Below, in pieces: positions 49,263 through 62,869 of a stretch of DNA of 64,000 nucleotides. The translations under genes and the position numbers were made by a program. This DNA comes from Catajapyx aquilonaris. Lineage: Eukaryota. Within the stretch, counting starts at the first letter, position 1. Each line of letters opens with the position of its first letter. Under the pieces are notes generated by a model. It worked only from the letters and a program-made list of their open reading frames with translations. It was not told the origin of the DNA and did no database searches. The stretch is from NCBI GenBank assembly GCA_000934665.2, contig KZ538831.1, forward strand, positions 1-64,000, written 5' to 3'.

Positions 49263-49374
49263 NNNNNNNNNNNNNNNNNNNNNNNNNNNNNNNNNNNNNN
49301 NNNNNNNNNNNNNNNNNNNNNNNNNNNNNNNNNNNNNNNNNNNNNNNNNNNNNNNNNNNNNNNNNNNNNNNNNN
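49263..49374. other. Assembly gap
   Basis: Run of N between a poly-T tract and a MITE. Confidence 0.99.
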
Positions 49375-49498
49375 TTCTAAGGTAATACATGCAAAATTTA
49401 CCTTAGAATCAATTTACCCAAGAATATTTACCCTACAATGTAAGGCAAAAAATGGCCACTTTCTTACCCTCTCTAGAGAAGGTAAATGGTTAAGAGTG
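49375..49498. mobile_element. Right part of the CACT-ended MITE, second copy
   Basis: Near-identical to 1513-1639; left part lost in the gap. Confidence 0.85.
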
Positions 49499-50371
49499 TA
49501 TGACTACTCTCTACTGCAAATGTGTCCTAAAGTACAAGAAACTTGGAAGAATCTTGATGCGACAAAAAACCCGTCTTATTTACATGATTGTGCAGAAAAA
49601 GGTTATGTCAGCAGACTTATATAGGCAATAAGAGACAGTGGGCCCATGTTGATAGAGTCATAGAGTCGAAGGGCAAGTCATACAAATCTCATCGGGTGAG
49701 CGTCATCATAATTATTGTCCGAAACTAGGGCTTAAAGCGGACCCTAGCTTGACTTTATGCCTGTTTTATGGAAATTGAAATCGCATTTATTTCCCTTTGA
49801 CTGGGGAGGGACGAGGAAACAGAGAGACGACTGCTTGCGGATAATGTCTTGTAACGCAATTCGGATCAAATGGGGATTCCCGGGGAAATTTGAAACGAAA
49901 TAACATCCGCCCAGCAGCAAATGATCCTCCCTAAACTCTGCATGGCTGCTTATACGACTCGGACCAGGACCTTATGACTCGGCTCAACGGATGCCTGGAC
50001 AAAGTCAACAAAGGCCCAGTTATCGGAGCGAGTTAAGGCCCACTTTACGCCCACCATGAATATCTTGTCAAAAGTCAGGGCTCAGACTACCCCTACTCTG
50101 AGCTTCCAAAATACGCCCAGCTCAACTGTCATTCGGATACTGCTATTCTATATGACCTATCATTGCAGCTCTTTACTAGCATGAATAATACAATTGTTGC
50201 ATTTTTATTTGTACTTGCAAAAGTCACTTTTAATTTTGTGGCCAGCTGAAGACTGAAAATCCTGGCTTGTTGGCTCGTTATAAATATGTTGGACTTCACC
50301 AGGAAATTGGTAGTGTAAACAAATCTTCAAATTATAAACCAAAATTGGACTTACTTTGTTATCCTAATATA

Positions 50372-50578
50372 CAGGGTGGTCCAAGTTCAAGTGTCGTTTT
50401 ATAACGGCGATTAATAGAAGCGCTTAACGATGACGTAGCAGCGACGTGTAAAATTGCCCACTTCGATTGCGCCGAAGATGCGCCGAAGTGGGACATTTTA
50501 CGCGTCGCTGCTACGTCATCGCAAAATCACTGCTATTAATCGCCGTTATAAAACGACACTTGAACTTGGACCACCCTG
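50372..50578. mobile_element. 207-bp Tc1/mariner-type foldback MITE
   Basis: Perfect 46-bp TIRs CAGGGTGGTCCAAGTTCAAGTGTCG..., TA on both flanks, inner arms also pair. Confidence 0.88.
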
Positions 50579-50600
50579 TATTTCATCCGTGCACATAATA

Positions 50601-50918
50601 GAGTTGACTCCGGATATAACCGCGTCGGTTATAACGGACTTTCGGTTATAACAGTCTCGCCATCTTATATAAATAAAGCCGTTTGTGAGTCTGTCTGTCT
50701 GTCTGTCTCTCTGTCTGCCTCTCTGTCTGTCTGTCCGCGGGATACAGGCGGGAGAGGTTCAAGGTGTTGGAGTAGCAGGACCACAGATGGCATTGGTGGG
50801 CGGACACACAGAAAGACAGACAGTTGACGGGGGTACTGGCAGGTGTTTTCCCTTCATTCATTTCTTCCTGGGCAACGCCGGGTGCCGCGTTGAAGTCTGT
50901 TATATCCGGAGTCAACCG
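50601..50918. mobile_element. pogo/Tigger-like MITE interrupted by a Helitron
   Basis: TA|GAGTTGACTCCGGATATAAC...GTTATATCCGGAGTCAACCG|TA with CGGTTATAAC subterminal repeats. Confidence 0.75.
50663..50888 (+). mobile_element. Non-autonomous Helitron, copy 2 (internally deleted, CTAG end missing)
   Basis: A|TC start, expanded (CTGT)n, hairpin GGGCAACGCCGGG present, terminal AGCTAG absent. Confidence 0.82.
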
Positions 50919-52280
50919 TAATAATTACACAAAAAAATATTCAACGCAAGCTGTGTCTTGCACCAAGCCCCACATAACAATATTCACCCAGCAGCACATT
51001 ACAGATCGAACATCATAAAATATTGAAGCCCGCCTTATACACGTGCAAATACAATAAATGCCATGCAATTGACTTCTTGGAATCGGCCATGTTATTCCCC
51101 CCATGAAGAAAAGGGACGCCTTTGAACATATACACTGCTATTGGCGGTCTAGAAACACACACAACAAAACAACCTTTCTTTTTTTTTTTTTTCAAAAAAA
51201 AGGACCCCTCCCTTTGCAGTGACGAGCCTTGGGTGGATATTATCATCTTTGCTTGATGCGGCTCGGGACCAATATCAATTTGAGGAGACGACAGGGTTTT
51301 TACCGCATCGATCATTAGGGAGGAGCAACCATAAATAAAGTTGTCGCAGCGACGGTTGGGAACAGTGCGCCTCATTCCTTGTCACAAACAGCTGCTTGAA
51401 AAAATTGCCGTCGGAGGAACGAAGGACGGGGCTTGCTTACTTGCCCAGGACCAGGAAATTGAGGACCAGCAATGTTACTTTTATTTATTCAGGACGCAAC
51501 TAAGAGGCTGCTCTGCTGGGAAGACGCGGAAGGGATGGGGAGGAAGTTAAGGAGAAAGAAGAAGAAGTAAAGAAGAAGAAAGAAAAAAAAAGTCTGTCGG
51601 GGCAAGATGCAGGCGGAGGCCGGTCGTTTGCTCTTTATGAGCCTTGGAAGAGTAGGGATGAGGCTGCCTTTTCTGCCCCTACTTAGTGCTTCACGCATTG
51701 ACCATTTGCTCCGCCCAATAAATTTTTACAGGAAACTTCCACTGGTAATCGCATGTAGGATTTATTTAAACCTGTTTGAAAATGTACCAGTTGGCCTCTT
51801 GCCCGCACTAACTGGATGAAAAATCAGATCAGCTTTAGGAAAAAGTCGCTTTATGCCGGTATTGATACAAGCTGGGGGAATATCATCTTGGAAATTTTTT
51901 TACGACCCGAAGCATTCTCCGAATGGCCATCCACTTGCAGTACATGCTTGGTTCAGAAGATGATATACGTAATCCCATTACGAACGTGGAATCCCGTTTA
52001 AGTCTGAGAGTACAATTTGTGCATCAATTTAAGAGCAATGATGTGCTCTTATTTTTACAACGTCTGCATTTTGCCCACATGCCGCATAAAGTATGAAGTA
52101 ATGTAAGATTCCAGCCCCTTTATGACCGCATCGGATCTGTCTTTCAATTGTTTGCCTATGGTTCTGATTGTATGTGCTACGCTTTGGAGATCGCAGTGTT
52201 CTGAACGTTTATTTTAGGACCCTAAGAAGATATTAATGCCTTAACTTTTCAATAAATGGCGTAGGGGTATGAAGCGTGCC

Positions 52281-52337
52281 CTAACGGTCCTAACGGTCAT
52301 AACGGTTCCCAACAGGTCCTAACGGTCCTAACGGTTC
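52281..52337. repeat. 9-bp tandem repeat
   Basis: CCTAACGGT, about 6 copies. Confidence 0.85.
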
Positions 52338-53468
52338 TCTACAGCCATCCAGATGCTCTCCATTGACGACACCGGCGAGTGTGGTCCTTCCTAATGAAAA
52401 AGAAGTAGATGAATTCCTCCCCCAGCTTGTATCTCCAGTGAGAGAGTGGTGGCCGCCAAGAAAGCACCATCATCCATTGCGCGGGCTATGAGCAGCGGCA
52501 GTTACGAGTCGCGAAAGCATGATATGTCTGCCATTGCCAGGCTACGCCAGCCGAGCCCCAAAGTGCGGTAATTAAGTTTGACAAAATTGGCCGTTACGCA
52601 TCCTCCTATTAGGAGAGGCGGGGGCAGGAACAGGCCAAGACGTATATAGAACTGCCACTTTCACTACCATGCGCCTACAGTGGATGTGACCAACCCGGGG
52701 CCGTAAATACTCCGGATCTTGCACTAACTTGCACCAGCATGTTGCTTCTCGTCGACCCTCCCTTTGTGTGTCTACATCTCGGGGCCTGGGTCGAATGAGT
52801 ACACAAGGCTTGACCCCACCCGCCCCACAAATCCGCTGGCTCCTGCCCTGTCCTAATGCCCCCTTATTGATGCGACATCTTCCTGCTAGAGGATCAATAA
52901 TATTCAAGGGACTCAGGGGTGAGGGGGTGTACAGGGTGTTTCCCGGCATAAGTGATTATAGTCAGGCGTTGGAGACATTCGGCAAGCGGAATGAAGTTCC
53001 GGGAGTCTGCTTCCTTCGCTACCGGAGATGAGATGAGACTGCCTTTTCCTGCACATCATCCAACCTCCTTTTGTCTTCGCAGAAGACCAGAAAATTTGGA
53101 AAAAAAAATAGGGAGGGGCACGAATATACGTAAAAAAAATGGAAGTCAAAGAAAAAGAGCAGGATGACGCCGGCTGGAACTGCTTTCTCCACATTATATC
53201 ATTACGTTCTACCCATTTTCCCTAGAGAAATGTGTTACTGTAGGTGTAACCCCCTCGTACAGTTAAGTACCCCTCGTACAGTGCTGGCGGCAAAAGAGCG
53301 TGTGACCACCTTCATCAAAATGAAGGTGGTCATACGAAGGGAAAATTTGGATCAAGTGAAGGTAGTCATGCGGATGCAACTTTCAATTCGTTCTTTTGCC
53401 GTCATATGCTGGTGGCGCCACAAGTACCACACTATTAATGTCCAACACTGTACCAGACCGCGGAAATG

Positions 53469-53571
53469 ATCTGTCCAGTCGGTTCCGACCCTATTTGCAA
53501 CCTGGAACCATTGTTTCCTAGCAAGTTCAACAATGGTGCTTGGCCGCAAATAGGGTTAGAACCGGGCGGAT
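53469..53571. repeat. Degenerate foldback
   Basis: CGGTTCCGACCCTATTTGC versus GCAAATAGGGTTAGAACCG, inner ACCATTGTT versus AACAATGGT. Confidence 0.6.
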
Positions 53572-54556
53572 ATGAGTCGGCCATTACACGTGAGGTTGCG
53601 CAATTACCCAGAAGTTAATATGGAGCTGTTTTAAAAACAAATAAGACAAAGTGTGAGTACTGTATATTCAGCTGGCGAATCCCTCCCAGCGCACTCATTT
53701 GAAATATCCTTTTGCCTCCCCCCCCCCCCCCCAGGCAACTAATGCACCTATTTAAAAAGACCTTAGGACCCGAAAANCTCGCCATTTTTGGAGAGGGGCA
53801 GGCGGGGTGGGAGTGAGGCGTTACTAGTAGGTTGGGGGGGGGGGGAGACTTAATTAAAAGCGGCCCGAAAGGGGAATAGAGTAGATGGGTGCGCTCGGTA
53901 ACCGAAACCCCAAACCGGATAAATAAATATCCCTGCCCCTTGGTTTTATAGTGAAAATTTTCCCGCGTAATTAGGCTCAGTGTTTGCTCTCTCCGCAGCG
54001 ACTCATTACGACATATATTGTGAGGGCCATATTGTGGCCTCATAAGGGGAATAATCCGCAAAAGTGTGCGCAGCCTGCAGTCTTTCAACGTGCTTTTGGC
54101 CTGCAACGCTACCTCGCTCTCTATCTGCTGGCTTTTCCGGTTACATTTGCGTGCCCAAAGTCTAAGCCTTCCTGATCCCTGCGCCTCCAGTTACATGGAA
54201 ATTAAATGCCCCCTTTCCCGAGGAAACTTCTCTCATTTTCAAAATCAGGGTTGCCGCATTGGTTTTTCACCTACCTTTGTGTGTATAGACTAGATGTATG
54301 CAGTAAGCCCTGTTATTCTCGGTTTGAGAATATAATAAAAATATTTATCACATTTTATCCCAATATTGTTATAACTATTGTGACGCCCGTCACTAGATGG
54401 CAGGAGTGTGTCATTTGGTGGACCTGGGGGGGGGGGAGGAGTTTTGACTATGTAGTCAGTCGTGAAACAGCCTGGCTGCAAGCTGGTCGCAACAAATGGG
54501 TTGTCCCGAACCTGTCGTATTATTGGACCAGTATTGGACCTTGAAGGGTCAGAGGA

Positions 54557-55003
54557 ATGGCCTAGGCCAGCCCCCTGACACTTCCCCTACAATCTTATCT
54601 AATCGCCTGCCGATGCCGAGGCGTTTTGCATGAGGTGCTCACCTGAGAGCGCCATGAGACCTTTCACTGCTGTATTATGTGGCGACCCTACCGGACTACG
54701 CTGAACTTAGGTAGAAGTCATGGTCATGGCCTTCAGTTGCTGGAAAAGACTAGATTTGAATTAGCGCTTTGGCAGGCTTCGATGTTGTTATACGTACGGA
54801 TAGGTGCTTCGATCGATGGCATCGACTTGAATCGCTTCTCTTCTACCTACGTTCAGCGTAGTCCGGTAGGGTCGCCACATAATACAGCAGTGAAAGGTCT
54901 CATGGCGCTCTCAGGTGAGCACCTCATGCAAAACGCCCCCGCAGGCGATAAGAGGGAGTGTCCTGTGTCCAGACCTTAGTATTCTAAGAGCATGGCCTAG
55001 GCC
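54557..55003. mobile_element. Foldback element with 98-bp near-perfect inner arms
   Basis: 54620-54717 versus 54840-54937 (one mismatch); outer arms align only with indels; ATGGCCTAGGCC direct repeat at both ends. Confidence 0.7.
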
Positions 55004-55048
55004 CTAGGGTGGTCAGCACTATCCTATTGAAGGGTACCGTACGTTTAC

Positions 55049-55195
55049 ATGTGAGCGATTTGACGCGCGAATCGGAGCGAAATCTTCGCCTAGGCTACGT
55101 AACCCAAGTAACCAATATTGTTGAGGCGAAAATCGATTGTTAATTTCAGCCTCGGCGAAGATTTCGTACCGCTTCGCTCGTCAAATCGCTCACAT
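55049..55195. mobile_element. Foldback MITE remnant
   Basis: ATGTGAGCGATTTGACG..CGAAATCTTCGCC pairs with GGCGAAGATTTCG..CGTCAAATCGCTCACAT; the same end CGTTTACATGTGAGCGATTT occurs alone near 37518. Confidence 0.7.
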
Positions 55196-57768
55196 TGTTT
55201 TCTTGATGTCTTGATATGCATAATTTGCTACTTCAACCTATCATAGGTAAGTATGTGACGTATATAGGGTCGGTATTATCCGGCGAAGACTTGGAACCAT
55301 TTACTACGGATAACGGACTGTACATAACTTGAGACTGCGTTATCATTATACAATGTATATGGTAGCGGGATTATCTAAGTGAAAAAAAGCCCTTTTTGAT
55401 CACCGGGCTCAATATTTTAACGCAAAGTTGCTTGAGTGACACTGCATTTATGGCGGTGCCTCTCCTGATAAAATATACGCCATTAAATGCGGCCACAAAG
55501 ACTATAAAAATTTAGAGCTACCCACTTTAGATAAGTTGGGCATACGGTACCTTTTTTCGCATGTGCGGCAAGTCGACTATATATTCTAGGTCGTGTTATT
55601 GGCGTATAATTTCCAATGCATTACTGGGACGTCCAGGTTATGCCGGGCCATTGGAGATACACATGTGTAATCTCTGGGATAAGGATCGCGTTTAGGTTAG
55701 GAAGGAAACTAGCTGGAAGGATGGAAGCTTAGTGGAGGCAGACGACTATGAAGTGATTTGAAGTCAGACTCGTGACATGGCAGTTCTAAAAAGGACCCAA
55801 AAAAAGTGTGGGGGTTGGAATATTTTTAGGCGGGTAAAAGATGGGTCGCCAAATTTGGATGCGCCAAAAGCAGAGCGTCAACGAAGCGTTGTCAAGCCGC
55901 TAACTTTACGACCTGAGCTCCCACACGATATTGTAGTGAAATGGCTCCACTATCAACTTTATAGCCAGCCCCCTGTTGGTCCCTGCCCTTTTTTACGACC
56001 CACCTACCACATACGAGGAGAAAAAAACCTACAGTTCTACACCACACCCCCTCTTCCTCCCATCCCCCCCATCATTCCCCACCATCCCCTACCTCCCCTG
56101 AAACTCCCCATTGCTAATGACTCGACTACTGCCCTTCGCTTTCTGAATTTCAAGCAGATACTATATCTTAATCACTGTTTCAGTTCTACCATTCATCCTT
56201 CACAGTAATTGTTCCACATATGAATTTTCTTTCTGAATGTGCTGTAATGCATTTTAAATTTTTTTGGGGGGGATGAATAGGCCTACAAAAAAAATGGTGT
56301 GGACAGAGATAAAATTGAGGCTAAGGAATGTTTGAATGGTGCCGTGGATATTCGCTGGTAGAAAATGGATTGGTGTTACGGTTGAGAGGCAACAAAGAGC
56401 AAATTTATCAGGAATGATCGCAGGCAGCCAGCACTTTGCAATCCTTATCTGGCTCAGCGTGAAGCTGACGGCGTCCCAACAAGTCGAATTGTGCCTGCGA
56501 ATAAAAGGAAAGTCATTAGTCTATCCTGTAATTCTATCCGGAGAGTATTTGCTATCGTAAATCAATAGACTTCCCCCCCCCCCCTTCTCCACCCCCTAGC
56601 TCTCGCTTCTTCCTTTCCACCCAAAGGAATACTGCTGAGAGCCTTGATAAATTAAGAATCTCCTTGTCTCCGCTTTGCATTATGACTCATGACTGATGAC
56701 ACTTGATGGATCTAATCAGATACCTCTAGCTGTGTACGCATTTTGTGAACACTCCTGTAGCGCACGGCAAATAAGTCATAACATTGTTACATCTCCCGCC
56801 GTTCATCTTTAAGAGTGCAAATAGAGCGTGGCACAAAGATGATGAGAAAAGGATCCTTTGGAGTTGGCAGATAAGAGTTGGAAGACTTGCTTCATTAGTG
56901 AGCCGTAGACGACGTCCCCGTTCGGCATTGTGTTAATTGGCGAACAAATGAAGTCTTTTAGTTTTCGCCTCGCAGTTTGATCCCGTTACAATTAGTACCT
57001 GGCGCACCGGGGAATTATTCATTTAGTCGGGGAAATACGATTCGCCAAAAGTTGACGGAGACGCCTACAGAGAGAACTCAGTCTCTGCATCACGAGGCCT
57101 TGCTTTTGCCTGTCATCCGATCTGGCCTTAAGTCTAACTGCCATAGCAGCTACAGTAGTTTCAAGCCCGTCCTAGAAATTCCGTGTTAATTCTGCAATAA
57201 ACAGTGAAAGCAGGTTGCCCACAAGCAGATTATGACTTTCAAGCTCCTATTTAACACTCGAAAGATTGTTATTTACTCGTTACACAGTCGGATTGGAACT
57301 CTCGACTATAGGCTTCCAAGAGTGTTCCTTACCCTTCATTTTCATTAAGTGGGGATATGCAATAGATGGAACAATAGAAAATATTATATGATAGCTGCAG
57401 GACAGTATGTCGGGTTACGTAGGAGGATATATGGAAGCCGATTATTTGTGCAAATGTGGAGCGAAATTGTGCGAAAAGTGGCAGTTATTTCTCCTCAGAT
57501 CATTCCTGTCGGTTGGACGAGGAGAAGCTTTATTTTGTACAAGTGGAAGAAGTACGGCAGTCACTTGTGAAGCATGTAGGAGTTTTGTTCTTGGCCAAAA
57601 GACAAAAGACTTAGTAAGGGTTATGGGTATAGACTGAGTCGACTTAATCCATCTGTACATTGAGCTCACTTAAACTTAATCGGCATTAAGTTCTTCCAAC
57701 GCACTTTGGGGATAACTGCACATTATTCTACCACATTGAAACTGTGCATAATTTTCAAGATCTTAGTA

Positions 57769-58040
57769 CAGTTCTGGACATTAATTCCGTCATACTGCTA
57801 GCGACATTTTTCGATGCGGCAGACGTGCAAATCGAAGTTATAGAATGCGAGCCATGCAAGTAAGAAATGGTAGCCCTTGGGTGACGTCACTGGCTGGGGA
57901 CAAGCGTTTTCTCCATTTCCCTCCAGCCGATGACGTCACTCAAGGCCTACCTCTTCTTACTCGCACGGCTCACACTTCGATTTGCACTTCTTCCGCAGAA
58001 AATGTCGCAAGCAGTATGACGCGATTAATGTTCAACACTG
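57769..58040. mobile_element. 272-bp Tc1/mariner-type foldback MITE
   Basis: TA|CAGT...ACTG|TA; arms pair along their length (CGTCATACTGCT, GTGCAAATCGAAGT, GTGACGTCA). Confidence 0.8.
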
Positions 58041-59453
58041 TACCATACATTGCATTTTTTTTAAAAAAAAACCAACAACAATTCTTTCTGGCACAGGCAG
58101 TGATGACGCAGTTCAGGAGCAAAGGGCAAGATATGCAACGTAAGCCTGAAGGAAAGCAACGTTTTTCTAAAGTTGATGTCAAGTAAGAAATAGAAGGAAG
58201 AATCGGTTGCCATGGCCTTCCGGGCGTGCACAATGCGAGTGTTGATTCCATTGATTTTCAATCCATCCAGACGGATTTTTCCTTCCTTTCCTGTTGCCCT
58301 GAATGCCTTTTCTTCCGCGACGCTTACATGCGGATCAGAGAGATCCAGGAAGAAAAGGGACACTGTAGTGCACACACGCAGGAGGCAAATCGAACCAGAA
58401 GCAACGTGAGGAAAACTACAACCAGAAACCGATCGGTTTCACACTTCTTTTTTAATACATAGGGGGGGGACTACATACATACATAATTATATATAAGCAA
58501 ATTTGATGCTGATATTTGACTTGTTGCACCCTATCCGTATATGGAATTTTTGGTCATTATCTAGAAGACATGCTTGATTCTTCTGTCCTTGACGTGTGTT
58601 TTTTTTTTGGTAGATGCTTTTTGTGTCTCTCTTTGGAGTTAGCTTCCCGAGGAAGGAAACGGAGGCGAGAGGAGGGCGGGAAAAATCGAAACACTTTATA
58701 CAAGGTCCGGAAATAGCCGGAGGGGATCCGGCTAGTAAGTGGATTTATTGGGCACAACTCGTCTCGTAGCTTCCAATTGAAAAGTTGCCTCCTGACCTTT
58801 TTTTCCCCCCCCTGCTGATCTGTATTTCCAAGCCCGTATCCAAGCCGCGCTCACAATGGCTTCTCCCCTATTCAGCTGTGAACGAATGGAAGCTTCCAAT
58901 CAATCCTCTGCCCGGAATGAAACTTTGTGAGTGGATAAGATGACAGCATGCTGTTGCTAACAGCAACGCTTACGAAACTCGATAGGATTCTATCTCTCGC
59001 TCTTTTACTCTACAAATTCGATCTTCCTCGAGCTGCTCCTGTACGTTTTGCACGGTTCCATTAAAAATGTAGCCTACTGTAAGCAACTTGGGGGGGGGGG
59101 GNGGGGGTGGAACATGACTGGCATTGACACCCGTGTCATGCCTGTAAGCTCTCCGATTCAATGTGTGCAGGTATTTACTTTGTCAGAGTCTAGAGGTTCC
59201 GATATTTTCACTTTTGCAGCCTGTAGCCCAGAAATGTTGACGGTTAAGACATCGCGCCGGTTCTGGCGGGAAAAAAAGCCGTTAGAAGGTGTCAATAGTA
59301 GATGGCGATGTGTACACTGTAAAGTACAATGGGATTTTTAAAATAAGTATAGGAAGAATCTCGGAATTGGTTGGTCACAAAGTAATAGAAATTAAGTCCA
59401 AAATCTGTGCCTTGAAGAGTCTTCCCCTTCCCCCAAAGGACAGGGTACATTAA

Positions 59454-59755
59454 CTCTGGAACCGTGACGTGGGGTCTTTTAGGACCCCAAAGGAATTAAA
59501 ATGATAATTACAATGAACTTTTGCCATTTAAAAAGTATATAACAGGAAGTGCATGCTTATTTTGAATTAGCGATCATCTTAGGCATTGTTCAAAGAATTA
59601 TTGCATATACGTTGCATATACGTTGCATAGAACGTTGCATATACGTAGTCAATACATTGAAAAGTAGGCCTATTATATAAAAATTAATAAAAATTAAAAT
59701 ATAGGTGGGCTCCTAAACGGTTGCCGTAACTTTCAGGCACGTCACGGTTCCAGGG
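59454..59755. mobile_element. piggyBac-type MITE
   Basis: TTAA|CTCTGGAACCGTGACGTG...CACGTCACGGTTCCAGGG|TTAA; internal CGTTGCATATA-like repeats near 59600-59645. Confidence 0.82.
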
Positions 59756-60859
59756 TTAAATAAATAAAATGACATAAATATCTGGAAATTATTCATAACT
59801 GGAACTTTTCGCAATTATATTTGTACCGTTTAGTCTCCACAAGTTGAAGTTTGTGCCAAATTTGGGAGGAATTGTCCACTGCACTGCCTGAGAGCGAAAA
59901 GATGAGCTTAACGTGAATTGAATGGCTTTGTCTATACAGAACCGCATACATGTCGCTAAAGTATGGCACCTTTTTTCCCCCCCAAAAATGATGTTACGTA
60001 ACATTTCCAGGGCAGCGTTATTGTTTATTCACAACAGTGTATGGTTTTGCACTGCGACCTATTTTGAAACTTCTCAAACTGCCATAAGTTTTATCAGATC
60101 CCCTGGAGATTCGAGTTATAGGCCTATACTGTAGAAGTTTCGCCTGCTGCATGTTTGGAAATTATAATTATTCTACGCCGCTTGTAAATGCTACAATATA
60201 GTGCATTTTACATACTATTTTATGTCCTCTACAGCGTCCATGTAGCGAATGTGCCATTTAGGAACACCAAGTTAAGTGAAGTTTAGCTGGAATTTCCCCT
60301 AAAAGTGGTGGAGGTTTTTACGACCCCGATGTTGCGCAGGTGGCACAATTTCAACTGTTGCGTTTTATTCAGAAAGTGCGGCATCCATCCCCAATCTGAT
60401 GATGAACAAGTCCGCTGAAACTTCTCCGGAAAACGCCACCCAAGGCCGCGAAAACTGCTCAAAACTTTTGCATTATTTGACAGGTTGGACTCGAAATGTA
60501 CTTGTTCGTAACTAAAATCAGAAACGCTGGACAGGCGGTTTCCCCGCAAATTTTCGGAAGTTTCAGGAAAGCCAAGTTCTTTACCCATGCCGTGCGAGTG
60601 TGCACGCATAATATATATCACTGATAAAACTCCCGAGTAATACCAAATTGCGCCCCCGACACACTTGCCAGGCAATGACAATTAAATCATAGTATCGCGT
60701 TTGCACTACTGTCCATTACATCAGGCATGCTATTTACTTATACACTAAAAACTTTTAAATATAAAAATATTCACTAAGGTGCAATAATTTTCGAACAGGT
60801 AGATGAAACAACTGTTTTATGTAGGTAGGCCTATACGTGAATATTAACATGTGTAAATA

Positions 60860-60972
60860 TATTTATTCACTAGTATTTTTAATTATTTATTTGCTATAGT
60901 ATTTTTAATTATTTATTCGCTATAGTATTTTTAATTATTTATTCACTAGTATTTTTGATTATTTATCCACTA
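60860..60972. repeat. AT-rich ~24-bp tandem repeat
   Basis: ATTTATTCACTAGTATTTTTAATT-like unit, about 4.5 copies. Confidence 0.8.
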
Positions 60973-61991
60973 TTTCTTCAATACGCAGCATAAAAGTTTT
61001 ATTTATAAGTCCGAAAATTTATGTACCTTAATGAATAATTTTATGCGTTTAAAGTATTCCGTGTGGACTGGATTTGTTGACATTATTAATAATATCTCGA
61101 TACATATCCGGTATGGCCGTATGGCTTCTGAAGTAGCCAATTACATAAGAAGTACCTAGGGAAGTCAAAATTGCTGGCCATTTCTGTCCAATATAACAGA
61201 GAAATGCGCCGTTCTTGTCGGCAAAGGTATAAGATTAGCTTACCATAGCTTATCTATTTTGCACATACCCGGTCGGAACCAAAGTGCACCTTCTGGAACC
61301 ACCTAGTGATTTTGATCTCAAAATAGAGTAAATTATTTCCTTTCCCAATTCCAACGGGCACTCTCTGGCATATAATGTTCTCGGAAATTAGTGGGTGAAT
61401 AAATAATCATCTATTGACATTTCCAACCTATTTTTCCTAAGGCTATACCACACACGCGCGCGTACGCTCCGAGAGCGTTGTACTTTTGCAACTTAGTATA
61501 GACAGCTTCAAATATGTATAAGCAAATAAGCCTGCCTAACATGCTTTTGCTGATGGTAGATAGGTTAGAAGGCGACAGATCTATTTGGGAAAAGATTATT
61601 TTCATGTCAAGAAGCACATACGGTAGTTGTTCAGTAGTACATACCAGAAAGTAAGTAATATTGTCCCACAATCATGTGGAGTGCGACCATATTTTGCAGG
61701 AGAGGACGGTATATATGGGGAGGCAGCATATATTGATTTCCAATCATTCCAAACTCGGTTCTCCCATTTTTATAAAAATCTGTTTGCACGTAGCATTCTG
61801 TAATGTATGCCAATTACGTTGAATTTGCATTGCTTTCATCATCAGAATTCACTAATTATTTGGTTAGCAGGCTACTAATATACCAAAGGGTCTGTCTGTT
61901 ATATTTTTCACTGTATTGTGTTACTGCCCTTCTTGCACTATGCGAGGTCAAACAGCGTTTTGCAATTTTGCACTGCACATTACTGGGTCAT

Positions 61992-62317
61992 GAGCCGGAC
62001 ACGGTGTTCTAGTGGTTAAATCACAGTTCGGCCAAGCGGAAAGTCGCGAGTTCGATCCCAGACTCCAACTTCGCTTGGTCGAATCTTTTTTCCGCTCTTC
62101 ATCCGTCGTATCCGGGCAGACTTGCACTCCCTTGTCTGCCGAGGGTCAACAGAAAAGGTCTGGTGAGCAACAAAGAGAGAGAGTTCGAAATGACTTTAAA
62201 ATAATTGGAGCATCCTCCCATGGGAACCCTCCCAGTCAGTTGGAATACAGTACTCAAAGGTTTATTCGACGTAAGCTTACCTCAGATGTGGTGAAAGCAC
62301 TGCCCGCTATCATCATC
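61992..62317 (+). mobile_element. tRNA-derived SINE, third family (single copy in window)
   Basis: A box TGTTCTAGTGG (62005), B box GAGTTCGATCC (62048), 3' stem-loop GCTT-ACC.CA..TGTGGT..AAGC and (ATC)3 tail. No clear TSD. Confidence 0.6.
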
Positions 62318-62563
62318 GTCAGAGTATGATCATAATGGCCAGTCGGTCAAAAGTGATCACTGCCAGAAATGTGTTAAGCTCGGCAATAATTCATCTAGTA
62401 CAGCCTATGTCTGAATTATTTTTTTTGGTTACATATTAATCGACGGCAACATCTGGCAACACTACAAAAATATCACCGTGCATTTTGGGTTGCATCATGC
62501 AAGGATGAAAAGTATCCAAATGGAAGAGTACCTTTGTTATATATTTTTCTTCTTATGAACAAA

Positions 62564-62869
62564 CTAGCTGCGGCACCCGGCGTTGCCCGGGAAGAAATGA
62601 ATGAAGGGAAAACACCTGCCAGTACCCCCGTCAACTGTCTGTCTTTCTGTGTGTCCGCCAACCAATGCCATCTGTGGTCCTTGAACCTCTCCCGCCTGTA
62701 TAACAGCAATCGTCATTTGCCTGCCATCTGTAGTCAACCCCCAACACCTCCATCCTCTCCCGGCCTGGGGGTGGCGCACAGATGGCAGGCAAATGACGGT
62801 TGGCAGGCGGACAGACAGACAGAGAGGCCGACAGACAGACAGACTCACAAACGGCTTTATTTATATAGA
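62564..62869 (-). mobile_element. Non-autonomous Helitron, copy 3
   Basis: 5' TC, (CTGT)n, perfect CCCGG-GCAACG-CCGGG hairpin, 3' CTAG, A|T target. Confidence 0.87.
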
